Shown: positions 21,920 through 33,021 of the stretch, one piece after another
Layout: each line of letters begins with the position of its first letter
Numbering within the stretch: position 1 is the first letter of the stretch
Assembly (NCBI GenBank): GCA_041496385.1
Contig: JBGQEL010000010.1
Location: 19,245 to 83,244 of the forward strand
DNA length: 64,000 nt
DNA from: Candidatus Methylomirabilia bacterium
GTDB taxonomy: Bacteria > Methylomirabilota > Methylomirabilia > Rokubacteriales > CSP1-6
Reading direction: 5' to 3'
The notes under the pieces: model-generated
Database searches by the model: none
Seen by the model: the letters and a program-made list of their open reading frames with translations, nothing else
Told to the model about the DNA's origin: nothing
Translations under genes and position numbers: made by a program

Positions 21920-21945
21920 CTCGTGTGTCCTTTCGTCTGTGAGTG

Positions 21946-22520
21946 TTAGTCGGCGAAGCCGACCACCTTCGGATCGTCGGTGACGCGCGGCTTCCGGGGC
22001 GCCTCGGCGCGCCGCGCGCGCGTCTTCGGGCCGCGCGCGATCACGACCTTGCCCGTCCGCACGACCTCCTGGATCCCCATGGGGCGCAGCAGCTCGACCA
22101 GGGCCTCGAGCTTGCCCTCGTCGCCCGTGGCTTCGAGGACGAACGAGCTCTGGGTGACATCGATCACGCGCGCCCGGAAGATGTCGGCCGTCCGGAGGAT
22201 CTCCGCCCGGTTCGACGGTTCCGCGTTCACCCGGATGAGGACGAGCTCGCGCTCGACGTGACTCTCGTCGGTGAGATCGGTCACCTTGATCACGTCGATG
22301 AGCTTGTGCAGCTGCTTCGTCACCTGCTCGATGACGAACTCGTCGCCGCGCACGACGAGGGTCATCCGGGAGACCGACGGGTCGAGCGTCTCGCCCACCG
22401 ACAGGCTCTCGATGTTGTAACCGCGCGCCGAGAACAGCCCGGCGACCCGCGAGAGGACGCCGAACTTGTTCTCGACCTGGACCGCGATCGTGTGCTTCCG
22501 GGGCTCGCTGCCGTTCTGCA

Positions 22521-22521
<1 letters not shown>
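21946..22521 (-). CDS. ilvN: Acetolactate synthase small subunit
   Basis: [28 protein letters not shown] domain. Confidence 0.95.
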
Positions 22522-24275
<1,754 letters not shown>

Positions 24276-24332
24276 TGACAGGTCCTCCCAGAGCAGTCCG
24301 GCCGTGGCCGGGACTTCCTCGCTGAGTCGGCG

Positions 24333-27038
24333 CTACGCATTCGGGGCCCCTTCGGCCGACGCCTCGCGCACCTTGAGCCGGGCCTGCGCCGCGCTGAGCC
24401 GCGCGATCGGGATCATGAACGGCGAGCACGACACGTAGCTCATGTTCACCCGGTGGCAGAACTCCACGGACGACGGCTCGCCGGCGTGCTCGCCGCAGAT
24501 GCCGATCTTGAGGTCCGGCCGCGTGCGGCGGCCGCGCTCGATGCCGATCTTGATCAGCTCGCCGACACCCTCCTGGTCGAGAACCGAGAAGGGATCGTGC
24601 GCCAGCACCCCCTTCTGCAGGTAGTCCGGCAAGAACTTCGCGACGTCGTCCCGGCTGTACCCGAACGTCATCTGGGTGAGGTCGTTGGTGCCGAAGGAGA
24701 AGAATTCGGCGTCCTGCGCGATCTTGTCGGCGATGAGCGCCGCGCGCGGGACCTCGATCATGGTGCCGATCAGGTACTTGACCGGCACGCCCATCTCCAC
24801 GAGGACGGCGTCGGCGACCTTCTTGGTGTTGTCGTGCGTGAGCCGCATCTCACCGACGGTGCCGGTGAGCGGGATCATGATCTCGGGCTCGACCTTCACG
24901 CCGCGCTCGGCCACGGTACAGGCCGCCTCCATGATGGCGCGCACCTGCATCGCGTAGATCTCGGGCGAGGTGATGCCGAGCCGGCAACCGCGGTGGCCGA
25001 GCATCGGGTTGGCCTCGCGCAGCGAATCGATCTTGCCGATCTTCTCGTCGAGCTCGGCCTGGAGCGCCGGGTTGATGTTGAGCGCCTCGAGGCGCGCCCG
25101 CTCCTCGAGCATGTCGCGGTACTCCTTGGGATTCGCGAGGAACTCGTGCAGCGGCGGATCGAGGAGCCGGATCGTCACGGGCAGACCATCCATCGCCTCG
25201 AAGATTCCGACGAAGTCGTCGCGCTGGAACGGCAGCAGCTTCTGCACGGCCGCGCGGCGCTTGACATGGTCGCCGGCCATGATCATCTCGCGCATGATCG
25301 GGATACGGTCGGCGGCGAAGAACATGTGCTCCGTACGCACGAGCCCGATGCCCTCGGCGCCGAAGTCGCGCGCCTTCCGCGCGTCCTCCGGCGTGTCGGC
25401 GTTGGCGCGGACGCCGAGCGTGCGATACCGGTCCGCCCACGCCAGGAACTCCTTGAACTCCGGGGCGAGGCCGCCCTCGATGGTCTTCACCGCATCGAGG
25501 ATCACTTCGCCGCTCCCGCCGTCGATCGAGACGATATCGCCCTCGCGCACCTTCCGGCCCGCGGCCGTGAAGATCCGCCGCGTCTCGTCGACGACGATCT
25601 CCCCGGCGCCCACGATGCAGGACTTCCCCATCCCCACGGCCACGACGGCGGCGTGCGACGTCCGCCCGCCGCGCGCGGTCACGATCCCGCGCGACGCGTA
25701 CATGCCCGCGACGTCCTCCGGCGAGGTCTCCGGCCGGACGAGGATCACGGCGCGGCCCTCCTTGCCCCACTCCACCGCGCGGTCGGCGTCGAAGACGACC
25801 TCGCCCACCGCCGCGCCGGGCGCCGCGGGGAGCCCCCGGGCGAGCAACCGTCCGCGCGCGATCGCCTGCTCCTTGTCGGCGGCGTCGAAGCCCGGATGAA
25901 GCACCTGGTGCAGATCTTGAGGTCGGACGCGCAGGAGCGCCGTGTGCTGGTCGATGACCGCCTCGTGCACGAGGTCGACGGCCACCTTCACCGCGGCCGC
26001 CGCCGACCGCTTGCCGGCGCGAGTCTGGAGCAGGTAGAGCCTGCCCTCCTGGATCGTGAACTCGATGTCCTGCATGTCCTTGTAGTGACGCTCGAGCCGC
26101 CCGGCGATGGCGAGCAGGTCGTCGTAGATCTCCGGCATCCGCCGCTTGAGGTCGTCGATGTGCTCGGGCGTCCGGATGCCCGCCACCACGTCCTCGCCCT
26201 GAGCGTTGGCGAGGAACTCCGCGTAGAAGCGCTGCTCGCCCGTGCGCGGGTCGCGCGTGAACCCGACGCCGGTGCCGGAGGTCTCGCCGAGGTTCCCGAA
26301 GACCATCGCCATCACGCTGACGGCCGTCCCCCAGTCCGCCGGGATGTTGTTGATCCGCCGGTACTCCGTCGCCTTCTTGCCGAACCAGGAGTCGAACACG
26401 GCCTTGACCGCGAGATGCAGCTGTTCCTTGGGATCCTGCGGGAACGGCGCGCCCGTGCGCGAGCTGACGAGATCCTTGTACGTCTCCGTCAGCTTGCGCA
26501 GCTCGGCGGCCGGCACCTCGGGATCGGTTTTGATGCCGAGGCGCGCCTTGAGCGCGCTCAGGTGCTCGTCGAACACCTCACGCCGGATGCCCAGAACCAC
26601 GTCGCCGAACATCGTGACGAACCGACGGTAGCAGTCCCAGGCGAACCGTTCGTTGTGCGTCCACGCGGCGAGCCCCTCGACCGTCGCGTCGTTGAGACCG
26701 AGGTTGAGGACCGTCTCCATCATGCCGGGCATGGAGACGCGCGCCCCCGAGCGGACGGAGACCAGGAGAGGGCGCTTGGGGTCGCCGAGGCCGAGGCCGG
26801 CGTCGTGCTCGAGCTTCTCGAGGGCGCCGGCAACCTGCTCCCACAGGTCGTCCGGAACCTGCCGCTTCGTCCGGTTGTAGTGCGCCCAGGCCTGCGTGGT
26901 GATCGTGAAGCCGGGCGGCACCGGAATGCCGAGGTTCGTCATCTCGGCGAGCTCGCATCCCTTGCCGCCCAGGAGGTTGCGCATCACGGACGAGCCTTCA
27001 GCCTTGCCCGAACCGAAGGAGTAGACGTACTTGATCAT
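24333..27038 (-). CDS. ppdK: Pyruvate, phosphate dikinase
   Basis: LLGGKG, SVRSGA..SMPGMM, GGRTSHAAVVA (phospho-His), EANPMLGHRGCR, SFGTNDLTQ. Confidence 0.98.
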   Translation of the reverse strand: MIKYVYSFGSGKAEGSSVMRNLLGGKGCELAEMTNLGIPVPPGFTITTQAWAHYNRTKRQVPDDLWEQVAGALEKLEHDAGLGLGDPKRPLLVSVRSGARVSMPGMMETVLNLGLNDATVEGLAAWTHNERFAWDCYRRFVTMFGDVVLGIRREVFDEHLSALKARLGIKTDPEVPAAELRKLTETYKDLVSSRTGAPFPQDPKEQLHLAVKAVFDSWFGKKATEYRRINNIPADWGTAVSVMAMVFGNLGETSGTGVGFTRDPRTGEQRFYAEFLANAQGEDVVAGIRTPEHIDDLKRRMPEIYDDLLAIAGRLERHYKDMQDIEFTIQEGRLYLLQTRAGKRSAAAAVKVAVDLVHEAVIDQHTALLRVRPQDLHQVLHPGFDAADKEQAIARGRLLARGLPAAPGAAVGEVVFDADRAVEWGKEGRAVILVRPETSPEDVAGMYASRGIVTARGGRTSHAAVVAVGMGKSCIVGAGEIVVDETRRIFTAAGRKVREGDIVSIDGGSGEVILDAVKTIEGGLAPEFKEFLAWADRYRTLGVRANADTPEDARKARDFGAEGIGLVRTEHMFFAADRIPIMREMIMAGDHVKRRAAVQKLLPFQRDDFVGIFEAMDGLPVTIRLLDPPLHEFLANPKEYRDMLEERARLEALNINPALQAELDEKIGKIDSLREANPMLGHRGCRLGITSPEIYAMQVRAIMEAACTVAERGVKVEPEIMIPLTGTVGEMRLTHDNTKKVADAVLVEMGVPVKYLIGTMIEVPRAALIADKIAQDAEFFSFGTNDLTQMTFGYSRDDVAKFLPDYLQKGVLAHDPFSVLDQEGVGELIKIGIERGRRTRPDLKIGICGEHAGEPSSVEFCHRVNMSYVSCSPFMIPIARLSAAQARLKVREASAEGAPNA

Positions 27039-27078
27039 GAGCGCGTGTCTCCCTCACGACAGACAAAAAAGTCTTGTA

Positions 27079-27108
27079 AGACTACAGGATGGAGAGCATT
27101 CGCGTCAA
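27079..27108 (-). promoter_or_regulatory. Possible internal sigma70 promoter upstream of ppdK
   Basis: TTGACG-N18-TAGTCT. Confidence 0.45.
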
Positions 27109-27151
27109 TCTTTCTCACGCCTTCTCCGTTCGAAAGAAGCCTCGGTCCCTG

Positions 27152-27189
27152 AAAAGCGAAAGGGCCACGGGTCGCTTCACCCGTGGCCC
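27152..27189 (-). terminator. Intrinsic (attenuator) terminator
   Basis: GGGCCACGGGT-GAAGCG-ACCCGTGGCCC followed by TTTCGCTTTT. Confidence 0.85.
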
Positions 27190-27243
27190 CCAGAGTTTCC
27201 ATCGCCACGGGCCCATCTCCTGCCCGTGGCATCCGATCTCGCG

Positions 27244-27327
27244 TTACTTCGCGGATGCTCCGGGCAGGCCCGGCAGCGCCAGCAGAATAATGCCTAGCGA
27301 TGGTACCCGCGAGGTCATTGACGTCAT
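27244..27327 (-). CDS. Branched-chain amino acid attenuator leader peptide (27 aa)
   Basis: MTSMTSRVPSLGIILLALPGLPGASAK*; rare GTA/CTA/ATT/ATT codons; followed by alternative hairpins. Confidence 0.8.
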   Translation of the reverse strand: MTSMTSRVPSLGIILLALPGLPGASAK

Positions 27328-27336
27328 GGTGAAGGC

Positions 27337-27366
27337 AGCATACGCGTTGACGCGACCGCCTGTCAA
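27337..27366 (-). promoter_or_regulatory. Sigma70 promoter of leader-ppdK-ilv transcript
   Basis: TTGACA-N18-TATGCT, 9 nt before the leader ATG. Confidence 0.7.
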
Positions 27367-28127
27367 GATCGCTTGCCCCGTCCCCGCCCCCCCTCGTCGT
27401 CCCTGCCGAGCACGAGCTCCTCGACAGCCTCGAGGTGGTCGACCATGGCCCGTCGCGCCTCACGCTCGTCGCGCGCGGCGATCGCGGCCAGGATGCGCTG
27501 GTGATCCTGGTGCGAACGCGTCGGCCGGCCGGGCGTGTTGAGCGATTCCTCCCGGCTCTGGGTGAGAAGGTCCATGACCGCGTGCGCGATCCGCGTGATC
27601 GCGCGGTTGTGCGCCGCCGCGCCGATGGCCGCGTGGAAGGCCGCGTCCTGGGTCAGGCCGGTCTTGCCGTCCGCGATCTCGCGCGCCTGCTCCGCGAGGA
27701 TCCGCTCCATCTCCTGGATCTCCTCCCGGGTGGCGCGCGCCGCGGCGAGCTCCGCGAGCGCCGGCTCGAGGAGCCGGCGCGCCTCGAAGAGCTCGCCGAT
27801 CGCCTCGCGCTGCGACGTCATCACCAGCGCGAGCGGCTCGACCAGCGCCTCGATCGACACCTCGCGGACGAACGTCCCCTCCCCGGCGCGGATCTCGAGG
27901 AGCCCCAGACTTTCGAGCGCGCGCAGCGCCTCGCGGACCGAGGTGCGGCTCACGACGAACTTCTCGGCCAGGTCGCGCTCGGGCGGGAGCTGATCGCCGC
28001 TCTTGAGTCGCCCCTCGGCGATCATCTGCTTGACCTGGCGGACGATCTCCTCGTAGATGCGCGTGGACTTGATCGGCGAGAGGCTCACGGTACGGTCGGG
28101 GCGCCGCGCGCGCCCACGGGCGGGCAT
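27363..28127 (-). CDS. FadR/GntR-family regulator (PdhR/LldR/GlcC-like, FCD domain)
   Basis: GDQLPPERDLA..F.VSRTSVREAL, DAAFH..I..AAHN; GGAGG SD. Confidence 0.93.
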   Translation of the reverse strand: MPARGRARRPDRTVSLSPIKSTRIYEEIVRQVKQMIAEGRLKSGDQLPPERDLAEKFVVSRTSVREALRALESLGLLEIRAGEGTFVREVSIEALVEPLALVMTSQREAIGELFEARRLLEPALAELAAARATREEIQEMERILAEQAREIADGKTGLTQDAAFHAAIGAAAHNRAITRIAHAVMDLLTQSREESLNTPGRPTRSHQDHQRILAAIAARDEREARRAMVDHLEAVEELVLGRDDEGGRGRGKRS

Positions 28128-28831
28128 CAGGGGCTCCTCCGCGCGTGCGCGTGGCCGTGGCGCCGCGCGCGCGCGAACCACCAGCCGAGCGCCGCGATGA
28201 GCGCGCCGATGGCCGGAGGCGTCACGCGGTGAAGCGTTCCCGCCGCGTCGCCGAGCCAGCGCGTCACGAGCCGGTCCTCCAGGACCATCTCGCCCGCGAC
28301 GTAGCCCAGGAGCCCGCCCCCCAGCCAGACGATCCACGCGTAGCGATTCATCAGGTAGGCGAGAAGCCCCGCGCCCCAGACCACGATGGGCAGCGAGAGC
28401 CCGATCCCGAACATGACGAGGAGGAGATCGCCGTGCGCCGCCGCCGCGATCGCCAGCACGTTGTCCAGGCTCATCGTCACGTCGGCGACGATGATGATCC
28501 AGACGGCCTCCCAGAGGGACGTCCCGTGCCGCACGCCGCCGTCCGCGTCCGCGCCCGGTCGCACGAGCCGGGCGGCGATCCAGATGAGCAGCAGCCCGCC
28601 CGCGAGCTGGAGCAGCGGCACCCTGAGGAGCACGCTCACGATCGCGACGAAGACGAGCCGCAGCACCACCGCGCCGACCGCACCCCAGATCTGCCCCAGC
28701 ACGCGCTTGCGTTTGGGCAGCGCGCGCACGGCGAGCGCGATGACCAGCGCGTTGTCGCCGGACAGGATGAGATTCAGGAAGCCAATCCCGAGGAGACGCA
28801 CCCAGAACTCGGGGTCGAGGAGGACGGCCAT
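28127..28831 (-). CDS. TerC/YjbE-family membrane protein
   Basis: LSGDNALVIALA, ADVTMSLDNVLAIAAAA. Confidence 0.9.
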   Translation of the reverse strand: MAVLLDPEFWVRLLGIGFLNLILSGDNALVIALAVRALPKRKRVLGQIWGAVGAVVLRLVFVAIVSVLLRVPLLQLAGGLLLIWIAARLVRPGADADGGVRHGTSLWEAVWIIIVADVTMSLDNVLAIAAAAHGDLLLVMFGIGLSLPIVVWGAGLLAYLMNRYAWIVWLGGGLLGYVAGEMVLEDRLVTRWLGDAAGTLHRVTPPAIGALIAALGWWFARARRHGHAHARRSP

Positions 28832-30336
28832 CAGGCGCCCGGCGCCGGCGCCCCGCGCATCCGGCGCCACCACGGCGTCAGCACGGGGAGGGCGAAGAAG
28901 AGAAGGGCGACGCCGGTGATCGCGCCCGCGATCGGTCGCGTGACGAAGATCGCGACCGAGCCCTGCGACATGATGAGGCTCTGGCGGAGCGCGTTCTCGG
29001 CGAGGTCGCCCAGCACGAGGGCCAGGACCAGCGGCGCCAGCGGGTAGTCGAGCTTCTTGAACACGTAGCCCACCACGCCGAAGATCACCATGTACCAGAT
29101 GTCGATCATGCTGTTGTGCACGGCGTAGGAGCCGACGGCGCACACGACCACGATCACGGGCGTCAGGATCGCAAACGGGATGCGGAGGATCATGGCGAAG
29201 AACGGCACGAACGCCAGGACCATCAGCACGCCGATGATGTTCCCGGTGTACATGCTCGCGATGAGTCCCCAGACGAACTCGGGGCGTTCCTTGAAGAGGA
29301 GCGGCCCGGGCTGGAGACCCCAGATGATGAGCCCGCCGAGCATCACGGCCGCGGTCGGTGAGCCCGGGATGCCCAGCGTGAGCATCGGCAGCATCGCGGC
29401 GACGCCCGCCGCGTGGGCGGCGGTCTCGGGCGCCACGACCCCCTCCAGCTCGCCCTGCCCGAACCGTTCCGGATGCCGTGAGAAGCGCTTGGCGAAGGCG
29501 TAGCTCATGAACGAGGCGGGCGTGGCGCCTCCCGGTTTGAAGCCCATCCAGAAGCCGATGAACGAGCCGCGCACGAACGTGCGCCAGTAGCGCGGCAGGA
29601 TCTTCCAGGTCTCGAGGACGACCCCGAGCTTCATGCCCGTGGGCGCGCTGCGGAACGAGAGCCCCTCCTCGACCGACAGGAGGATCTCGCCGACCCCGAA
29701 CAGGCCGATGACGGCGACGATGAAGTCGAAGCCTTTCATCAGATCCACGAAGCCGAAGGTCATCCGGAGCTGGCCGGTGACGATGTCGAGCCCCACCGCG
29801 GCGAGGATGAAGCCGAGCAGGATCGAGACGAGCGACTTGAGCGGGTTACCGCCGCCGAGGCCGACGAAGCTCGAGAAGGTCAGGAGCTGGATCGCGAAGA
29901 ACTCGGGCGGCCCGAACTTGAGGGCGATCTCCGCCAGGACCGGCGCGAAGAAGGTGATCAGGACGATCGAGAAGAAGGCGCCGACGAACGACGAGGTGAA
30001 CGCGGCGGTCAGCGCCTGGCCCCCCTTCCCCTGGCGCGCCAGCGGGTAGCCGTCGAACGTCGTTGCGACCGACCACGGCTCACCGGGGATGTTGAAGAGG
30101 ATAGACGTGATGGCCCCGCCGAAGAGCGCGCCCCAGTAGAGCGACGTCAGCAAGATGATCGCGGAGGTCGGCGGCATGGTGAACGTGAGCGGCAGCAGGA
30201 TCGCGACACCGTTGGCCCCACCCAGCCCCGGCAGGACGCCGATGATGGTGCCGAGGGTGATGCCGACGACGGCGACGAACAGGTTGTAGGGCGTGATCGC
30301 GACGTGGAAGCCGAGGACGAGGTTTTCGATGCCCAT
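28831..30336 (-). CDS. tctA: Tripartite tricarboxylate transporter large permease
   Basis: GVLPGLG, ILFNIPGEP, TTFDGYP, LGIPGS, GLQPGP. Confidence 0.95.
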   Translation of the reverse strand: MGIENLVLGFHVAITPYNLFVAVVGITLGTIIGVLPGLGGANGVAILLPLTFTMPPTSAIILLTSLYWGALFGGAITSILFNIPGEPWSVATTFDGYPLARQGKGGQALTAAFTSSFVGAFFSIVLITFFAPVLAEIALKFGPPEFFAIQLLTFSSFVGLGGGNPLKSLVSILLGFILAAVGLDIVTGQLRMTFGFVDLMKGFDFIVAVIGLFGVGEILLSVEEGLSFRSAPTGMKLGVVLETWKILPRYWRTFVRGSFIGFWMGFKPGGATPASFMSYAFAKRFSRHPERFGQGELEGVVAPETAAHAAGVAAMLPMLTLGIPGSPTAAVMLGGLIIWGLQPGPLLFKERPEFVWGLIASMYTGNIIGVLMVLAFVPFFAMILRIPFAILTPVIVVVCAVGSYAVHNSMIDIWYMVIFGVVGYVFKKLDYPLAPLVLALVLGDLAENALRQSLIMSQGSVAIFVTRPIAGAITGVALLFFALPVLTPWWRRMRGAPAPGA

Positions 30337-30339
30337 CGT

Positions 30340-30801
30340 CTAGAAACCGAGCCACGCTTCGAGCGGACCCTTCGGCATCGGGACCAGAAACCACTTCTCG
30401 AAGACCAGGAACGTCGCGAGCGGGAACAGGATCGCCATCGCCAGGACGGCCAGCCACCCGTGGCGGCCGATCCAGCGCATGTAGAACCCCGTGTAGAGCG
30501 CGGCCGCGACGTAGAGCCCGAGCCACTGCGTGAGGACGACCAGCGCCACCGCCGGCCAGAGGACTTTCAGCACCGGCCCGAGCTGCGCCTGCGTCACGAA
30601 GGGCCGTCCGGCCGGGCCGCGCGCCGCCTGGAGGACGATGACGGCGCAGGCCGCGATCATGAACACACCGAGCCAGAACGGGAAGAAGCCGCTCTGCGGG
30701 CCGTCGGTCCCCCAGCCGATGCCGAGCCGGGCCGAGTCGAAAACGACGACGCCGGCCAGCAGCATCAGGAACGACGCGGTGACGAGATCCGCGATACGCA
30801 T
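30340..30801 (-). CDS. tctB: Tripartite tricarboxylate transporter small permease
   Basis: GPQSGFFP, four TMs, VPMPKG. Confidence 0.9.
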   Translation of the reverse strand: MRIADLVTASFLMLLAGVVVFDSARLGIGWGTDGPQSGFFPFWLGVFMIAACAVIVLQAARGPAGRPFVTQAQLGPVLKVLWPAVALVVLTQWLGLYVAAALYTGFYMRWIGRHGWLAVLAMAILFPLATFLVFEKWFLVPMPKGPLEAWLGF

Positions 30802-30814
30802 GGCGTGGGGCGCG

Positions 30815-31786
30815 CTACTTCTTGAGCAGCCCCCCCTTGGCCATCAGCTCCTTGTGGAGCTTCTCGTTCTCCTCGACCCAGGCCACGTACTCGGCGCCCT
30901 CGGCGAACGCCGGCTTGAGCGCGCCCTCGGTCAGGTATTTCTGAAAGTCGGGCGTGTCGTAGACCTTCTTCAGCAGGGCGACGTACCAGTCCACGGCCTC
31001 CTTGGGCATGTTCGGAGGCCCGAACATGCCGCGCAGCATGAGGTAGTGGACGTCGACGCCCAGCGCCTCCTTGACCGTCGGGATGTCCTTCCACTCCGCG
31101 ACGGGAATGCGCGCGGTGTCGAAGACCGCGAGCGGCCGGACCCGCCCGCCCTTCCAGTGGCTCGCGCACTCGATCGGGTTGTTCACGGTCGAGTCGACGT
31201 GCTTGCCCACGAGGTTCACGCACACCTCGCCGCCGCCCTTGAACGGCACGTAGATGAACTTGAGGCCGAGCGCCTGCTCCAGCTGGATCGTGAGGATCTG
31301 ATCCTCCTGCGCGGAGCCGGTGCCACCCATCTTCTTGCCCAAGGGCTTCTCCTTCACGGCGGCGATGTAGTCCTTGGCCGTCTTGTAGGGCATCTCGGCG
31401 TTCACCCAGAGGATGAACTGGTCGAGCGCCATGCGGGCGATCGGGCTGAGGTCGCGCCAGTTGAACGGAATGCCGGTATGCAGCGGGGTCGTGAACAGGT
31501 TCGAGAGGGTGATGATCATCGTGTGGGCGTCGCCCTTCCGGCCCTTGACGTCGAGGAAGCCCTCGGCACCGGCGCCGCCCGCTTTGTTCACCACGATGAT
31601 CGGCCGGGGGGAGAGCTTGTGCTTCTCGGCGATGCCCGAGATCAGGCGCGCCATCTGGTCGGCGCCGCCTCCCGTGCCGGCGGGTACGACGAGCTCGATG
31701 GGTTTGGTCGGCTCCCAGGCCGCGGCGGGCGCGCCCAGGGACACGATCAGGATCGCGATCAGCGCGAGTACGGTGATGAGCCTCAT
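30815..31786 (-). CDS. tctC: Tripartite tricarboxylate transporter substrate-binding protein
   Basis: Signal peptide; PTKPIELVVP..GGGAD; NKAGGAG; VPFKGGGE. Confidence 0.93.
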   Translation of the reverse strand: MRLITVLALIAILIVSLGAPAAAWEPTKPIELVVPAGTGGGADQMARLISGIAEKHKLSPRPIIVVNKAGGAGAEGFLDVKGRKGDAHTMIITLSNLFTTPLHTGIPFNWRDLSPIARMALDQFILWVNAEMPYKTAKDYIAAVKEKPLGKKMGGTGSAQEDQILTIQLEQALGLKFIYVPFKGGGEVCVNLVGKHVDSTVNNPIECASHWKGGRVRPLAVFDTARIPVAEWKDIPTVKEALGVDVHYLMLRGMFGPPNMPKEAVDWYVALLKKVYDTPDFQKYLTEGALKPAFAEGAEYVAWVEENEKLHKELMAKGGLLKK

Positions 31787-31893
31787 CGCTCGACTCCTTG
31801 CGGACCGGCGCCGCGGTTGTCTCCCGTGACGGTCGAATCTCGATGGTGCGTGACGCGTCGGTGTCGGTTGGCTCCTCGGGCGGGTTATGAACG

Positions 31894-31929
31894 GCGGGCC
31901 GGGCCCCGGGACGCCGGGGCCCGGCCCGC
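31894..31929. repeat. Perfect 16-bp GC inverted repeat (intra-operon hairpin)
   Basis: GCGGGCCGGGCCCCGG-GACG-CCGGGGCCCGGCCCGC; no U-tract. Confidence 0.8.
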
Positions 31930-31977
31930 GCCGCGGTTACGCGACGTCGAACCGGCCGGTCGCGTCCATCGGGTGCG

Positions 31978-33009
31978 CTACTTGGTCTCGAGCGCGGCCT
32001 TGGTCGCGTCGAGCCGCCGGAACGGGACGACCGCAGGGATTTCCCACTGCTCCCACATCTCGTCCACCTTCTTCTGGAAGTAGTGAAGATCCTCTTCGAG
32101 GAAGTGGGCGAAGCGGCCCTGTTTCAGGAGGTACTCGCGCACCGGCTTGCGCGCGCGCCCCTCGACGATCGCCTTGGTCTTGCCGTAGTACTTCACCTGG
32201 CCGTCCTCCACCTCGTAGAGGGGGAAGATCCCGGTCTCGATCGCCAGCTCGCCGAGCTCGTGGGAGAGCATCGGGTCGTAGTCCCAGCCCTTCGGGCACG
32301 GGTCGAGCGAGTGGATGAAGGTCGGGCCGCCGATCGAGAGGGCGCGGCGGACCTTGTTCATCATCTCGACCGCGTAGGACGGGCAGACGGTCGCGACGTA
32401 CCGGCACTCCGTGTGGCCCGCCGCCAGCATGCCCGCCGTGTTCTTCTTCCAGCGCGTGTGGATGAGGCGCTTGACCGTGCCCGGCGGGCTGAACGTCGTG
32501 TTGGCGCCGTAGGGCGTCGAGCCCGAGAGCTGGATGTCGGTGTTCGCGTACGACTCGTTGTCGTAGAGCAGGATGAGGCTGTTGTACTCCTTGTGGGTCA
32601 GCGTCGCGGAGATCGCGCCGAGCCCCATGTCCGCCCCGCCGCCGTCGCCGCAGAACGCTATAACATTGATCGGCTCGGACTTCATCTTGCCCTTCTTCAT
32701 GAGCGCCTTGAGGCCCGCGGCGGTGCCGAGCGCGGCGGAGCCCGAGGAGCCGAGCTGCGTGTGCATCCACGGCACCACCCACGGCGTTGTGTAATAGGTC
32801 GTGTTGGCGACGTACATGCAGCCCGTCGAGCCCAGCACGATCGTGCGGGGGCCGGACGCCTTCACCATGAGCTTCATGACGAGGGCGGACTCGCAGCCCT
32901 GGCAGGTCCGGTGGCCCGACGTGAAGTACTCCTCGATCGTGACCTTCTTGACGCCCCGGAACGGCTCCAGGATCTGCGTGGCGTTGGTGAACGTCGTGGT
33001 CTCAGCCAT
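31978..33009 (-). CDS. 2-oxoacid:ferredoxin oxidoreductase beta subunit, oxalate oxidoreductase-like
   Basis: GHRTCQGC, TGCMYVANT, GDGG, YDNESYANT, PCPKGW. Confidence 0.9.
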   Translation of the reverse strand: MAETTTFTNATQILEPFRGVKKVTIEEYFTSGHRTCQGCESALVMKLMVKASGPRTIVLGSTGCMYVANTTYYTTPWVVPWMHTQLGSSGSAALGTAAGLKALMKKGKMKSEPINVIAFCGDGGGADMGLGAISATLTHKEYNSLILLYDNESYANTDIQLSGSTPYGANTTFSPPGTVKRLIHTRWKKNTAGMLAAGHTECRYVATVCPSYAVEMMNKVRRALSIGGPTFIHSLDPCPKGWDYDPMLSHELGELAIETGIFPLYEVEDGQVKYYGKTKAIVEGRARKPVREYLLKQGRFAHFLEEDLHYFQKKVDEMWEQWEIPAVVPFRRLDATKAALETK

Positions 33010-33021
33010 GGCCGTGCTCTC

